Source: Vicugna vicugna
Lineage: Eukaryota
Reading direction: 5' to 3'
NCBI GenBank assembly: GCA_013265495.1
Contig: MU057560.1
Span: forward strand, 382,753-444,752
Length of the DNA stretch: 62,000 nucleotides
This document shows positions 25,512 to 38,900 of this stretch, in pieces. The notes below the pieces were generated by a model. That model made no database searches, was not told the origin of the DNA, and saw only the letters and a program-made list of their open reading frames with translations. The first letter of the stretch is position 1, and each line of letters starts with the position of its first letter. The translations under genes and the position numbers were made by a program.

Positions 25512-25725
25512 GGTGCTGTGGAGTGCTGCGGCCCGCTCCCACTGGCTTTTAGAACCAAACTGAAACAAAGTCAAATATTCAGGAATTTTGTAAGCCAGGT
25601 GTTCCTGCATTGGTAGCTTGAAATTGGCCGCAGCGGGAGTATTTACAATGCAGAAATTGGAAAAGACTACAAATCAAAGTTCTTTCTTCTCCCCTGGAGG
25701 GCCTGTTCACTTAAACCCCCTGGCT
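25512..25725. mobile_element. MER63-like hAT DNA transposon relic
   Basis: ggtagcttgaaattggccgcagcgggagtatttacaatgcagaaattggaaaagactacaaatca resembles the MER63 consensus as recalled. Confidence 0.6.
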
Positions 25726-26344
25726 GCAAGTACATGGAACAAGTTTATATTTATTCACGCTTATTTGGGAAAAGGGGAAAAATTCCAAACACAGTATTTT
25801 TTTAAATCATAGGTGCATAGTTTAAAGTTGAAATAAAATAATGTGCAGGTTTTCAGATGAAATCTAGTATGTAGCAAGTCTTTTAAAGTCTGCTATGTGT
25901 GTATAACCGATGGCACAGATTTGACAGTAGGGGCAAGTTCATTAGCTTTTATTTTTTCACATCTGAAGCAAGTGGCAGCTCACGGGGGCTCCCGACCAGC
26001 CGGTCTCTGACGCACCGTGTCTCCCCTGCGTCCTGGAGCACCTGTGTGGTCCTTGGTTGAGCTCCGCCTTTCCTGGTTCTCTTTGGTGCCAAACTAGGTT
26101 CTCGGGAAGCTCTGCCTCCAACCTGGGGGCCACAATCCTTCCGTGGCCTCCCTGGCCTGAAATCAGAAGCCCCTGGAATCCTCCGTAAGTGTGTCCATGC
26201 GGATTAACACATTTGTCACTTTCATTAGATGGAATTTTGCATTATTCTCTCTTGCCTCTGTTTTGTTGTTACCACTTTTAGAGAGAGGCAGAGCCATGTT
26301 TACCATTTTGAAAATTAAATTTAGAAAACCATTTTATTGAAAAA

Positions 26345-26506
26345 ATCTTAATTTTTAAAAATATTTTGTTTTTGATTATTTAATTAACTAGTTTACTTAG
26401 CGGGGAGGTACCTAGCCTTATTTATTTTTTAATGGAGATACTGGGGGTTGAACCCAGGACCTTGTGCACGCTAGGCATACGGTCTACCTCTGAGCTACAC
26501 CCTCCC
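26345..26506 (-). mobile_element. Camelid tRNA-derived SINE (Vic-1-like), long form
   Basis: Reverse complement reads gggagggtgtagctcagaggtagacc...gtcctgggttcaacccccagtatctccattaaaaaataaataaggctaggtacctcccc, followed by an A-rich tail. Confidence 0.85.
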
Positions 26507-27179
26507 GGGAACAGGTTTTATGTTATCTGTTTCTGTATGGGAATGATATATCCAAATACTGGATGGTTGTTGATAAAGCAGACCTCTTATATTCCATACT
26601 GGAAGTTTTCATCAGAGAACGAATAAGACCTGCCAGTTACCCCAGAGTTGACTGAATGGGATGTGGTGTATTTGCAGGGGCAAGGCTGAATGTATTTAAT
26701 TGGACATTTCCAAAGCATCTGAGGATATGGCAATGCATAAAACCTGCGTAATTATTCTACACACTGCATATGAGAGAAGACAGTTAATCCCGCCCCTCGT
26801 CTGCTTGCTCTGAATGCGAGAGCGTGTGCTATTTTCACTGCGGAACGCTCAGCGCCTGGAACACGCTAGACGTCTGGTCCATACTCATCGACAGGTAAAG
26901 ATAAACAATACCAAGCAAGTCATCGCTGCCTCCCGGAATCAAATCCTCCAAGTCACACAGTCTGGAAGGCAGTTGCTGTGGTAGGAAGAACACGGGTTTT
27001 GAAGTCAGGCAGACTTTTGTCAAAATCCTTGATAACATATTAGCATGGATGAGCTGTTTACTGTTTTCGACCTTTGTCTCACGTGACGTGGAGATCGTAA
27101 CTATATCATAAAACCCCCGGGACTGCAAATCAGAAACTACATGTAAGGTGCTACGAACGGTTTGAAGGACAGGCTGTAT

Positions 27180-27720
27180 TTGCGGCATCAGCGCGTGACT
27201 TACCACACGGGGTGCCTGGGTGAGTGTGAATTTCCCGCCCTCTCCCTGGGGCCCCGGGGCCCCACCTCCGGGAGGACTTGGCCTGTAGTGCGGGAGGGGC
27301 TCCATTCAGGAGCCCGGCGGGGGGAGCCACAGGCGTCTGGGGGAGGCCGGGAGGACACTCAGACTGGTGGAAACCGTTCACAGGTTTGATTTAACGCTGC
27401 GCCCGCCCTGCGCGGGAAAGGTGGGCGGAACACAGCCCGCTCCTCGTGACCATGGGTTAGGTTTCAGGGCTTGTTAGTGGTAGTTCCCTGGGCACGTGGA
27501 GCAGGAAAAGACACGCGCGAGTCAGGAAGAGGAAGCTCCGTGTGCAGGTGGAGAAAGCGACCCGGCAAGCCCCCTGCCCTCCCCCGACGGCCTCCGCCAG
27601 CCGCTCCGCACCGCTAGCTGGTTGGGCCGGGAGCGGCCGCGCCGTGAGTCTGGCTCTGAGGCCGTCTTGCCAGCCAGCACTTCCGTTCCACACTTCAACG
27701 GCTGCGGAGCTGGCTGCAGC
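27180..27720 (+). promoter_or_regulatory. CpG-island promoter candidate with putative first-exon donor
   Basis: E2F sites TTTCCCGCC (27231) and GCGCGGGAAA (27410), GC boxes (27402, 27423), CACGTG (27493), splice donor GCC|GTGAGT at 27643/27644. Confidence 0.55.
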
Positions 27721-27769
27721 GCTCAGTCACCCAATACATGCCTGTTGACTTATTTCTCAACAGAGAAAA

Positions 27770-28080
27770 ATAACTTATTCAGCACCCTTTGCTGACCTCG
27801 TCCATTGGGTCAGGCACTGCGCTGAGCTCCAGGGATGCAGATATATGCATGCACGCCTGTCTTTCCGTCGGGAGAGACGCGGTCCGTTCAGCCCACTGCA
27901 ATGTGCTGAGTGATCCCAGGGCGGTGCGCACAGGAAGCTCTCGGACAATCAACGGGGTAGCAAGCAAAGCCTCGTAGGGATTTGGGAGTGGAAAGGGCAT
28001 TGGACTGAGACGTAAAGTACTTCAGGCTGAGAAAGCAACGAGCCCATCAGCGGAGCCAGGCCCCTGGAGGTCGGACGCTG
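27770..28080 (-). mobile_element. L2 LINE fragment
   Basis: ttattcagcaccctttgctgacc...gggtcaggcactgcgctgagctccagggatgcag resembles the reverse-oriented L2 3' end. Confidence 0.45.
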
Positions 28081-28869
28081 CGCCTGCCATGCGGTCCTCT
28101 GAGATGCCAGGACCCGCAAGGGCTCCCGGGGTCACCCTGGCCATCCCTCAGACCTGACAAGCTTTGGTGTCTTTCCTTGAAAGCTCTTCCAAGAAAACAG
28201 GCTGTTTACCTCTACTGTGAATTTGAGCACGGTTTCTCACCTCCGTCATTCACACCTCCTCATTCTGGTTTCTTTCCAGAAAGCCTTTGCCTTAAAGATC
28301 TGCCCTCCCAGGAGGAGAGGGAGCTTGGTTGAGGACATCCATGAGAGATGATGCCTTTAACACTGGAAGTACTTCCTGTAAGTAGGCATGCCTCCATCTG
28401 AACTCCTGGCGGTGATAAAATGACAGCTTTATTTACGGTGACGACACTACCGAGCTGCTGCCCAGCTGGTGACGCGTAAGTGCAATACATTCCTAGGGTG
28501 AGGGTTGAACTGATGTGTGTCTCAAAAGGTGTAAAAAATGCTTCAGGAGCAAGTTTAATTAATTAAGGAGGACAAGTGAGACTTCGAGATGCAGACACAG
28601 ATATAAGAGGGCTTTTTCTGTTGTTTTGGTTTCATATTTGTTTGTTTTTATTGCTGTTTTTACCTGTGGACTGGTCCCTAAATGTGCAAAACTAAATTTA
28701 ACGCCTCTGACTTCTCAGAGAACCAACTTGCCTGCTGTTTTCATTAAACAATTAAGATGGTAACTGTTGTATCTTCTCCGTTATTTGGTTTCTGGGAGAT
28801 GCTTTTAAATTTTTCAATTAAAATCCTGTCTTTCATGCTAAGGGTGCTAATGAGTCTGGATGATATATT

Positions 28870-29170
28870 GGGAACATGAATTTGGGAGAGAGGCAAACCT
28901 TAGTTTCTCTTTTGGCTCTGCCACTGTGTGACTTTGAACATATTCTTTCCCTTCTCTGACCTTGTTTCCTCTCGTGTAAATGAAGATAACGTTCCCAGTT
29001 GCATCAAGTTATGTAAATGAAAATGTCGAGCTGAAATGGGCAGGGGTGTGTGGTTGAGAGATCCGGTCAGAACCACCATCCTGTCACTTCTTGGCTCTGT
29101 GACCTTGGACAAGTCATTCAACTGCCTGATGGCCCCAAACCTTCTTTTTTTTATAGCCATAAACCAGGAA
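28870..29170 (+). mobile_element. Two adjacent MIR fragments
   Basis: ggctctgccactgtgtgactttgaac...tgtttcctctcgtgtaaa and ctgtgaccttggacaagtcattcaact. Confidence 0.55.
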
Positions 29171-31189
29171 TGGTCGCGCTTTTCTCTTTGCGGGGCTTTG
29201 GTGGTTTGACAAGGTACTGTTAACATTTCTGATCAATGATGTCACAGAATTAATACTCGTCATGTTTAAGCCATGCGCGATTAGGGCTCACTGAGAAAAG
29301 GTGGCAAACCAGACCAGAAAAAGCAGCGTGAGTCTGGTGAAGGACGTACCAGTCAAAAAACAAGACAGAAAACAAACAAATCTCAGTTCCCCTTAAAGAG
29401 AAGGAACTTGAGGACTCGTAGAGACTTGCTGGAACAATATCAGAGGACAGAGCACATAAAGAAGCCAAAGTCAGAGCAGTAAGATCAACGCCAAGTGGGC
29501 GCTCACAGCCTGAGAGCCGTCCAGACCGCAGGGCTCCAGACGGAGCTGGGGGGCGGACACAGCCAGCCCTGAGAGAGGACCAGGAGGGGACACCCTCACG
29601 TGAGAGCTTGCTGCAGATCCAAACTGCCTTCCCCCAGGGTGGCTGGAGCCCTGGCCGCACTGTCTCCCTAACTCAGTTATCTTTTATAAAAATCACATCC
29701 TGTGGACCTGGTCTTCACAGGGCTCTAAGTGTCATCGGAACTCCAGCCCCATTCGACATGTAACATGTATCACGTTTGGCCTGTTTGTACCAAAGAGAGT
29801 GATTCCACGTGTGGAAAGACAATACCAGGCGTTGCTGGAAAGCTGGCGTCCACGCGTCCAGACAGTTGGGGTGGGGTCTCCTCGTTTGGGTGCCCAGACA
29901 AGGGCCGAGCTCTTGCACCCGAAGTGCCTATTGATGGAACGACTTCCTGACACCATCAGGAATCGTAGCGCAGCAATGGCTGAGAGACCCCTCTCTCTCT
30001 CTCTCTCCCTTTTTCATGCCCTCCCCTCCACGCTAGGGGCTTGGATTACTAAACTCTATTCCAGGTGCAGTACTGACATTCATCCTTCTGTCCGCCGTCC
30101 TGTGATGTTGTGAAAGAGATCATTTCCACTCACACACTTAGAGCCCGTGTTCCCTGTCACATTTGACGATAGGATTTCCCTTTGCCTTTATTGGGTTTGC
30201 ATTATTCAGATACCGTATAAAAGAGCCATTGTTTTACCAAGCTAGAAAAATAAATGAGGTCTTGGGGTGGTGGACGACTTGGATACGAAACTCCATTTCT
30301 AGAAACACAGGAAGCTGGCATCTCTGACGTCTGTCCACCTCACGCTGTCTCTCTGGGGCTGCCCTGGCTCGCCGGGCGCCGGGCGCCAGCATAGGCAGCT
30401 GCCGCTCCGCAGCCTGGAGCGCCTCTCCGGCCCCGTTTGCTCAGCAAGGTGGGAGTTTGCAGAGCCCTGATTTACAGCCTGAACTCCCCACAGGCAGGAG
30501 CCCTCATGGTGCAGGGGGGATTTCGGTTTGGAGTCCTGTGCCAGTTGAAAAGCAAACCTTTCTTTTGTGGAAAATCAATTGCTAGCCCTTTGGGACGATG
30601 CTAACGGAAGAGCCCAAACCAAGGTTATTGGAGAACGGCCATCACTACAGCCCGGAGGTCACCGCTGGGGCTGTCTGTCATGGCAGTGACTTGACCTCAA
30701 TTAAGGACCTACGGCCAGTAAGAGAAATAATTAAAAATAAACTAAAAACAGCATTTGTTGAATGTCTACATCAAATGAGTCTCTCTGCTAAGGATCTTAC
30801 GTGGACATTTCCTTAATCTTCTCAGTAAGCCCTCTTGCATACATGAGGAAATTGTGGCTCAGATAGACCAAGTGATGGACCCAAAGTCATAGTCCTAGAA
30901 AATAATAAAGCTGACTTCAAAGTCAATGTACCTTGTGTCACCTCTGCTTAACTCTGTGGCTTTCATTCTCTCCCATCACGTTACACAGTAGAACATGCTG
31001 ATTAACCTCCAGTGCTGGTGTTGCTTGACTATTTAGATTGGTAAGTGAATCGGTCACACAAGGCTTACTTAAAAAATTGTTCAAAAAAACCAAAACATAG
31101 ATAGTTGTATGTGCCTGCATTTGGTACTTGTATGAATGAAATATTTTATGGTGTCATTCTTCTTTTTAAAAATTAATAAGCATGACATT

Positions 31190-32620
31190 GGGAATGAGTG
31201 GCGTCAACAAGACTAAGAACAAAAAGAACTACATGTAAGGCGTGTACTCTGGTCGATAAAGTTGTTTCTCATGATGGCACAGGTTAACAATTCTGTTGCC
31301 ACTATATATGCATGTACTGGAGCTGAACAGTTTAGTGAATGGGTGGCAAAAAATGATCAGAGTCCAGTTCCTCACTGTTTGAGCAGGAAGTTACAGATAA
31401 GGAAGGCGAGCAGGCTAGAAGGAGTCATCTGCTAACACTAATCAGAGCTAAGGACATCGGTACACTCACGATTAGCTTTATACAGACAGAGGTTACGTAC
31501 AGACATATTTACAGATGTATGTTTGAACACAGGCTAGCACACGTGCCTTTCCTTCTTCTGTCAGCCAAGAGGGTCTAGAAACAAGGACACCCTGTAGTAA
31601 TGAGTGCACTTAATCCCTAGACTTTGGTTTCTAACACCATTCTCCAATACGAGGACCCAAACTCCTTGGAGAGCTTGCTTATTCTAAGACTAGGGCAGAC
31701 ATTTTACAAGATAAACCTGAAGCATCTTGCAGCACCAGAAAACACAGTAGTGCAAACACATGCACACACACACACACACAGGAGTCAACTGAAAGAGCTT
31801 CTGACGCCCAAAGCTGGGGAAAAAATTGAGCGACAAAATAAATAAAACAGTATTGAATTGTAACCCAAATTATAAAATGCCCATGAGTCCATACTGGTGT
31901 AAATAAGTGACTAGATAAATACATAAAAAATGGAGGAGAACAGACAAACAGCCCATACAGAGAAGAATCTCAAATAATTTAGATTCTCTGCTCTCAGAAA
32001 GAGGAAGAATGACTCAACACACCTTAAATGTGGTCTGAAGAAAGATTTGCTTGCAAATATTATTATGCGGAAAGGGGGTGGTGAGGAGTAAATTTACAGC
32101 AGAGAAACCTGACGAACACCTCAGCGGGTGATTGCAGTCAGCGTCAACAATGACGAGTCATATTCATAGTTTGTATCCATGTGGGAAGATAAAAATGCCA
32201 CCTTCCCTCTGAGGTCTTTCCCAACACTGCGAGTATCACCAGAAAATCCAAATTGAGAGGCATTCTACAAAATATCTGACCAATAGTCTTCAAACTTTTC
32301 AAGGTCATCCAAAACAAGCAGTCTGAAAAACTGTCACAGGTAAGAGGAGCCAGAAGGGACATGGAATGTAGCAGTAACGTGGTGTCTTGGAAGGGAGAAA
32401 GGACATTTGGTAAAACCCCAAGAAATCTGAATAATGCAGAGCCTTCATCAATTATAATATATCAATGCTGGTTCACTGAGTGTGAGAAATGTCCCCCACT
32501 AAAGTCAGATGTTAATGAGAGGAAACTGGGCGTGAGAGAGACGGGAACTCTGAACTATCTTTGCATTAAAAAAAAAAAATCTAAAGCTGTTCTAAAGTAA
32601 AAATGTATTTTAAAAAATCA
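31190..32620 (+). mobile_element. Old L1MC/L1MD-type LINE-1 3' region
   Basis: Hallmark L1MC 3'UTR words: aaatccaaattgagaggcattctacaaaatatctgacca...caaggtcat...aaaactgtcacag...gggaactctgaactatctttgca...tctaaagctgttctaaagtaaaa. Confidence 0.75.
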
Positions 32621-32772
32621 ATAAAGACCTTGAAATGCCTAGTAGATTAAAATGATTAAATACGTTTTAAACTCGGGATCAGAGCACTTTGTTAACGGTA
32701 TCAGCCGACTTACAGGAAGAACCAGGTAGAAATTATATTCACGGGCCGGACAGGAGAATGTAGGGCTTTTGC

Positions 32773-32791
32773 TTGCCTGCAGGGGGCGCCA
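32773..32791 (+). promoter_or_regulatory. CTCF-binding motif
   Basis: TTGCCTGCAGGGGGCGCCA closely matches the CTCF core consensus CCASYAGRKGGCRS. Confidence 0.55.
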
Positions 32792-33459
32792 CACCCCGAT
32801 CACTCTCCTAGTCGGGGGCCATCCTAACCAGCCGGCCACTGATGCTGGGCTCCTCTCATACGTCTCTTCCTGGGCTCTGAAAAGCGGAGGGCATGCCTTG
32901 GCTTCCCCACAGTAGCCAAGCCCCCGGTCCCTGGAGCGGAGACGTGATCCAGCGTGTGGGTGTGACATCTCCCGTGTGAAACGACACAGGGGCCCGTGGC
33001 CTCTGCCAGAGGCCCTTGGGGTGCGGCTTTAGGCGGGTGTCCTGGCCCGTGTGCTTTACTCTCGCCCAGGCATTTGTGCGGTCGGGGCCAATCTGCCTTC
33101 CTGCTTCACTCTTCTAGCTTCGGGACTAGAATCCAGATTGGCTGGAATAAGCCTTATGGAAACACAATAGTCACACGTTGTATCTCTGTGTCCTTTTGCT
33201 CCTCAAAAGTTCTTTGTGGCTTACAAATTTATACCCAGTGACACTGAGAGAAATTAAAGACCAAAAATCAGGCGAATGACAAAGGTTACGAGGAAGATGT
33301 GAACAAAACCGTGAGTGGGAGGTCACTACGTACAAAGCCACCGTGAGGTTCTGACATTTGCTAGTCATGGCCCCAAACAGGGTTCTGGATTTCCCACCAG
33401 CCCACGTGCGAGAGGAAGTGTTATTAAATGTGTGATTCACAATGAGATAAACTCGGGTC

Positions 33460-33632
33460 AGTTGGAGTGGGTACAAAGAAGATTTTCAGGGTTCTGCAAA
33501 CATTCTGTTTCTTGGTCTGAGTGCTGATTATGCAGGTGTGTGGGTTGTGACAGTTCACCAATTGTATACTCCTGTTATGTGAAATGTTCTCTATGCATGT
33601 GCTACCTCGGTACATTTTTAAGTCAATAAAAA
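33460..33632 (+). mobile_element. Old L1ME-type 3' end
   Basis: ttcagggttctgcaaacattctgtttcttggtctgagtgctgattatgcaggtgtg...caattgtatac...tctctatgcatgtg, then caataaaaaa. Confidence 0.6.
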
Positions 33633-34241
33633 AGGTTCAAGTTGAGTAGGAGTTGAACAAAACAAAAAGCAAAGGGGATAGTTGGTCAAGTGCATTTACT
33701 GAGAAATTAGGAGGAGGCAGAGCATCAGTTGCTTCAGTTACTTTTTTCCAAAAAATTATCTCGAGGAGAACACCTTCCAATGTGTTGAATGATACACATG
33801 GTGTGAACCTGTCTTTGTCTGCTTAAAATAAATCCACCCATGGTGCTCGTAGGAAGGTTTCTTTAAGTTCCTCGACGGAAACCAGTGGCTTCAAGACAAA
33901 GTCTTACTTGTTAACAACTCTAACAAAGTAATTCCAAAATGCTGTTTTGTGGTCCACGGGTGTCCAGGGTGTGTTGCTCCACGTCTCCAGGAGGAACCAG
34001 TTCCTCGTCTCACGGCTAATCTCTTGCCAGACCACAGCTCTGTCCTCACAGCGGAGAGCCTGTGCCTCCTAACTCTCCCCCCAGAGCCGCCAGATGCTGC
34101 AAGACCCATCCCTGCCCACCCTGCTAACATCTCTCGGTACTGTCCCCTCTGTCACCAGCTGTGGTCACGTTGAGAAAACACTTGGCTCAAACCATCTCCT
34201 CTTTGCTGTCTTTGCACCTGCTCGTGCCTCTGTCTGCAGTA

Positions 34242-34410
34242 CAGTCACCCCTTGCTATCATGGGTGATTGGTTCCAGGACCGTCTTGGATACCAAAGTCC
34301 ACAGATGCTCAAGTTCCTTCTATAAAGTGTCCAGGTACAGTGAGCGCCCCCACCCCATACCCACAGGTCCTGCATCTGCAGTCGGTGGGACCCTCCGGGT
34401 ACACAGACTG
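34242..34410. mobile_element. MER2-type (Tigger/TcMar) non-autonomous DNA transposon, internally deleted, nested in L2
   Basis: TA then cagtcaccccttgctatcatgggtgattggttccaggacc...ggataccaaagtccacagatgctcaagt; ends with gactg. Confidence 0.75.
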
Positions 34411-34745
34411 TTCTCTCTTTCAGATCTTACTGGTAAGCTTCCTTCTAAAGATTCAGATCTCAACACAGAGACCGTCTTTCCAAAACCCTTCCAGGTAATG
34501 CCCACTTCTTCACTCTCCCACTCTATCTCCATTCCTTTCACTTTTCTTCACAGCTTTGATTAATATTTGAAATCATTACATTCCTTTCCCTGTTTAATGT
34601 TTCTTTTCCAATGAGAATATATATTTCTTAAAGATAGTAATGTAGCTTGTTTTTTTACTGCTGGGTCTCAGAATTCTGGATGGGTGCTTTACATATGACA
34701 CACACAAAATAAAGATTTGTTGCAAAAATACTTGAATGAATAAGA
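34411..34745 (+). mobile_element. L2 LINE 3' end (continues left of the MER2 insertion)
   Basis: cagagaccgtctttccaaaaccct...aatgtagcttgttttttactgctgggtctcagaa...aaagatttgttg...ttgaatgaataa. Confidence 0.55.
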
Positions 34746-35479
34746 AAGGAGGACAGTGTGTAAATTAAGGGATCGAATGCATACCTTTGCTGTAATAGTA
34801 TTACTCTCCAATAAGCTTTTGGCAAACGGGAAATAGATAATTGAATTCAAGATAATTCTGGTCAATTGCAGCTGGTCTTAGTAGCTGGTACATACAATGT
34901 CCTACATTTCTTTAGTGCACTGGCTACTGATTCTTCAGTATCATCCTCAAACCACTCTTAAATAAATAAAACCTTGCTACAAGTAACCCTGGAGTATTTC
35001 TAGAGTCTCCTAGTAAAACCTGCTTGACCAGAAATCCTCCGTGTTTGTGCATTAGTCCTCTCGGTTTCTGTTTTAGTTGGGTTTAAGCTGAACCCAGGCT
35101 TATGTTTTTCTGCCCTAGCATCTCAGTCATCCACAAGACATCTCAAGGCATTTCATTCTTAGCCACGTCAAAGAAGGACTGCTTATCTTTTCTGTGTCTT
35201 TCCACCTCCACCCCAGAGCTTTTCCCAAGTAAATTTAGTAAATTTCCTAGGGCTCACATGTTACTTAAGATCACTCCAGATACAGCCTCCAAATCTGGAG
35301 GTGACCCCTCCAGTTGTTTTTTTTTTAAGGTGTGGTCACAAGACAGAGCCATAAACCGAATTGTTTTCAAAGCTATTGGATCCCTACTGCCCTGGGAGGT
35401 AGAACACTAAATCCAAAGGAAACGCATCCGACTTTGTGGAATCCTGTTCAGACGTTTGGAGACAGAGAGACTCAATCAC

Positions 35480-35900
35480 AGTGCTCTTGGGTGCAAGTAA
35501 CTGAAGCCTTGACTCACCTACTGCTGAAGAAAACAAAGACTTTTATTATTTCAGCTGAAGCAGGGTGGCCTCAGGGTGGAATACTTCCCGAGGCCTCGGG
35601 CATCTGCCTCTCTGCTCACCCCTTCGCAGGTGAGCTCTCTTCTTGGTGTCAGGATGGAGGCTGCGGTGCTGGACCATGTATTCAGGCAGGTCCACATCCA
35701 GCAACAGAAGGGACCACTGCTTGCTGCATGCCCTTGTTTCGTTTTGTTTTAACTAAGGGGAAACCGTTGGTTTTTCAGTTGGCCTGCCCTCACATCTTAC
35801 CAGTGAGAACTACATCACAGAACCACTGACATAAACCAAGCGCTGGCCGGAAGGATGGAATTATTATGACTGGTTTACACAAGTGGGGATTTACCTTTGA
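35480..35900 (-). mobile_element. MLT1-type (MaLR) LTR relic
   Basis: ttgggtgcaagtaactgaagcc...caggatggaggctg...cctcacatcttaccagtgagaactacatcaca...aaaccaagcgctggccggaaggatggaattattatgactggttta. Confidence 0.55.
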
Positions 35901-38900
35901 TTCAGGCCAAGGGTCATTTCTTTTTTTTCCTAAAAGGTGGTTATATACCCTTAAAAGATTCCTTAGGGGTCTGTTAATAGAAAACAAATCAATAATGGAT
36001 GTTGTGCAGAAAATCGACAAGGGTTAACATGGAAGGTGGGCGAGACAGAAGGAGCGGGGACGGGGGGAACTTGCCAATGCCCACAGGCCCCTCGGCGGAG
36101 GGCAGCCACGTGGGTGGAGGCGGGGGCAGGTGTCTCCGGGGGAAGGAGTGCAGGCTGCACTGAGAGCGGGCAGGTTGAGCCCTGAGTTGGTTGCAAAGAC
36201 AGGGACTCAGGTGGAGACAGCAGCCTCATTATCAGCCATGGGGGGACACCAACGCGGGCCTGCCAGCCTTCCAGACCCCTCACCATCTGGTCTGGCTTGC
36301 GGTTCAGCAGACATGCCCGGCTCACCTTGTGCCTTCAACTTCTGCGCGTTCACACTTGTTCTGTCTGCAGTGAGGACCCGGCCCCTCGGCTTCTTCTCTG
36401 TGTCCCGGGTCCTATTAAATGCCTCCGCCTGGAGCCTTGGACGACTTCTCTAGTGCCCTCACTAGCCCTGATCCTTCAAAACAGGACACATATTGCTTTA
36501 TCTCTGGAAAACTTTCTCATGGCTGGGATTATAGTAGACACGCATTAAATTCTTGCTGAATGAAGCCCCAGCCTATCTCCTAAAACCCTTTAACCCAAGA
36601 GCACACTTAGCCCCGGGACCGGAGTGCTGCCACATTTGGATCCAGGGACTAAAAGATTCTGCTTGGTAAGGAAAGTCTGCTACAAAAAATCTGAGAGGTA
36701 AAAGGGCCAGATTCTCATGGATGCATAAGATGCTGTATTTTTACTTATTTTTATTTTTTCACAGCACATCAAAGCACTTAACTTACAGCTTTGGGAACCC
36801 AATTTGGTTGAGACTCTAAACTTTAGAGTCACTGCATCTTGTATCAGTACGTGAAAGAATTTGCTTTTAACATTCAACTTTGCTTGGTTCATCAATGGAA
36901 TTGCCTTTCTGTTACTTTATTGCTTGAATGCAGTTGAAAATAATACACTAGCCATTTAAGGAAGATCGAGCAGAGGGGTTATTTTAGTCTGAATGCGTAA
37001 GTGACTAGCTATTTAAAATAAACATCCATTAAATAGTAGAAATCTGTGTACGAATCTTATCAAAATGTTTTAAGGCAACCACAGTTAAAGAGTTGATGGC
37101 TGTGACTCTTGAGAAGAGAAATCGTAGCTACCCAGAGAAAGGACTGTCTGTCTGAGAGGGGTTGTTACAATCTGATGATGCTCAAATGGCGCTGATAACT
37201 CGTTTGGAAAGTTTTAAGTCATGATTTAAAAAAAAAAAAAAGGAGCTCAAGATTACAAAAATAAAAATCAGTTGCCATATTTTTGGACATTTTGTAGCTG
37301 TGTGACCTCTCCGAGCTTCTGGGTCCAACTTCAGATTGGAATTAATAACACAGATCCTGCCTCACACTGAACGTGGGATGTTTGTGAAGTGCTTTCTGCA
37401 AACGAAAGTGGTGTTTCTGTTATCATCTTGGTGGTGTCGCCATGAGAGAGGACTTGGGACAAATCTGGTAATGCCCTGAGCACAGGGCTCAGCTGAGGGC
37501 CGCCCAGCCACTTCCAGAACAACTCTCGGGACTGGGAAGACCGCCCTGGGCTCCTCCGTCAGAGGGTCCAGGACGCGGGAGGAGGCGGGGCCTTGTTACC
37601 ATTCCTGTCGGTGCACTTCCGTCCGGTTTTACCTTTTACAAACGATACACGGGGCCTCCATCGTTTGTGAAACAGACAAGACGCTTGAATACTGAGCCCG
37701 TTATCCGCGCAGAGCGCCTGAAAACACGAGCTGTGATGCCACCGCTTACGTTTCAGTTGGTCGCCGCCGCTCACACCCGGACAGCCAGGTTCCAAGAGAC
37801 TGGAGGGTTGGGCAAGAAGCCATTAGATCAGATACAGCATTTCCCCGGGGCGAGGGTTTGGTCTGCAACAGCTGTTACCGAGCTTCCCCTCTGCCTCGGT
37901 CCTAGCCCTGTGCGCGCCCGCGCGGGCAGCTGGGCCCCGTCCCCCTCATCGTGATGTCCTCGCTCATGTCTTTGTGCGTTTGCGCAGGCTCTTCTCCCTG
38001 CCGAGAACGTCCTCCCTTGTCTTTTCCACCTTGACAGTGTACGTTTTCCCTCAAGATAAGCACATTTGAGTCCTTTTAAAGAGTTCCAAATACAGATAGA
38101 GGCTGGCTCCTCTACGCTCTTGGAGTAGCTTTGAGTGACCTCGCTTATGCTGTTTGGTGCACCTGTAGACGTTCTTCTTGAACATAAGATGGGCTGGAGT
38201 CTTATTTTGTCCCACGGCGAGAGATGCAGCCCTGAATCGTTGCAGAAGACATAAGTGCACGACTGTGTGTAATGCCCACGTTCTTACAAGAAGGGCATCA
38301 GAATGGAAGACCTGAGAGGCTCTGCGGCTGGAGAGGGGCTTGGCACTGGGCCACCTGGAGAGCGGCTCCACGCTGAGGAAGACCCCAGCACCCTCCATCA
38401 GCCGCTCTTCATGACACAAGAGCAAGTGGGACAGGACGAGACTGGCTGTGGCTGTCACTGTGGTCCTCACTAGCAGTGTCGATGGACCCTGACCTAAGAC
38501 CTAATAGTTTAATATAAAATGTTTTTTAATTCCCCTTTAAAAAAATTCCTATCTCCTTAGAACACAAATCACTAACCTCATGCTGTCCCGTTGCTGTCAT
38601 CCACCAAATCCCCAGTCATTCCTGCTCATTCCTTAGAACGTGGCTACTGTTGACTCTCCATCACTTCTCCTGGCGCCTTTCCAGGTGACCTGAACAGTAA
38701 CATAAAGGCTCTGCTTGATTCTCTACAATTTCACATCTTCATCTCCAGTGACCATTCTTCCATGCCCAGCTCAGTTGCCTGTGTCACGGTCATACCCTGA
38801 CTTTGCCAAAGGAGTCTTCGGTACCGTGGCTTCCCACCTTCACATTCTCACTGCCCTGGTCATCATCCTACCCCACACTCTATCTCGTTTCACTCAGGCC

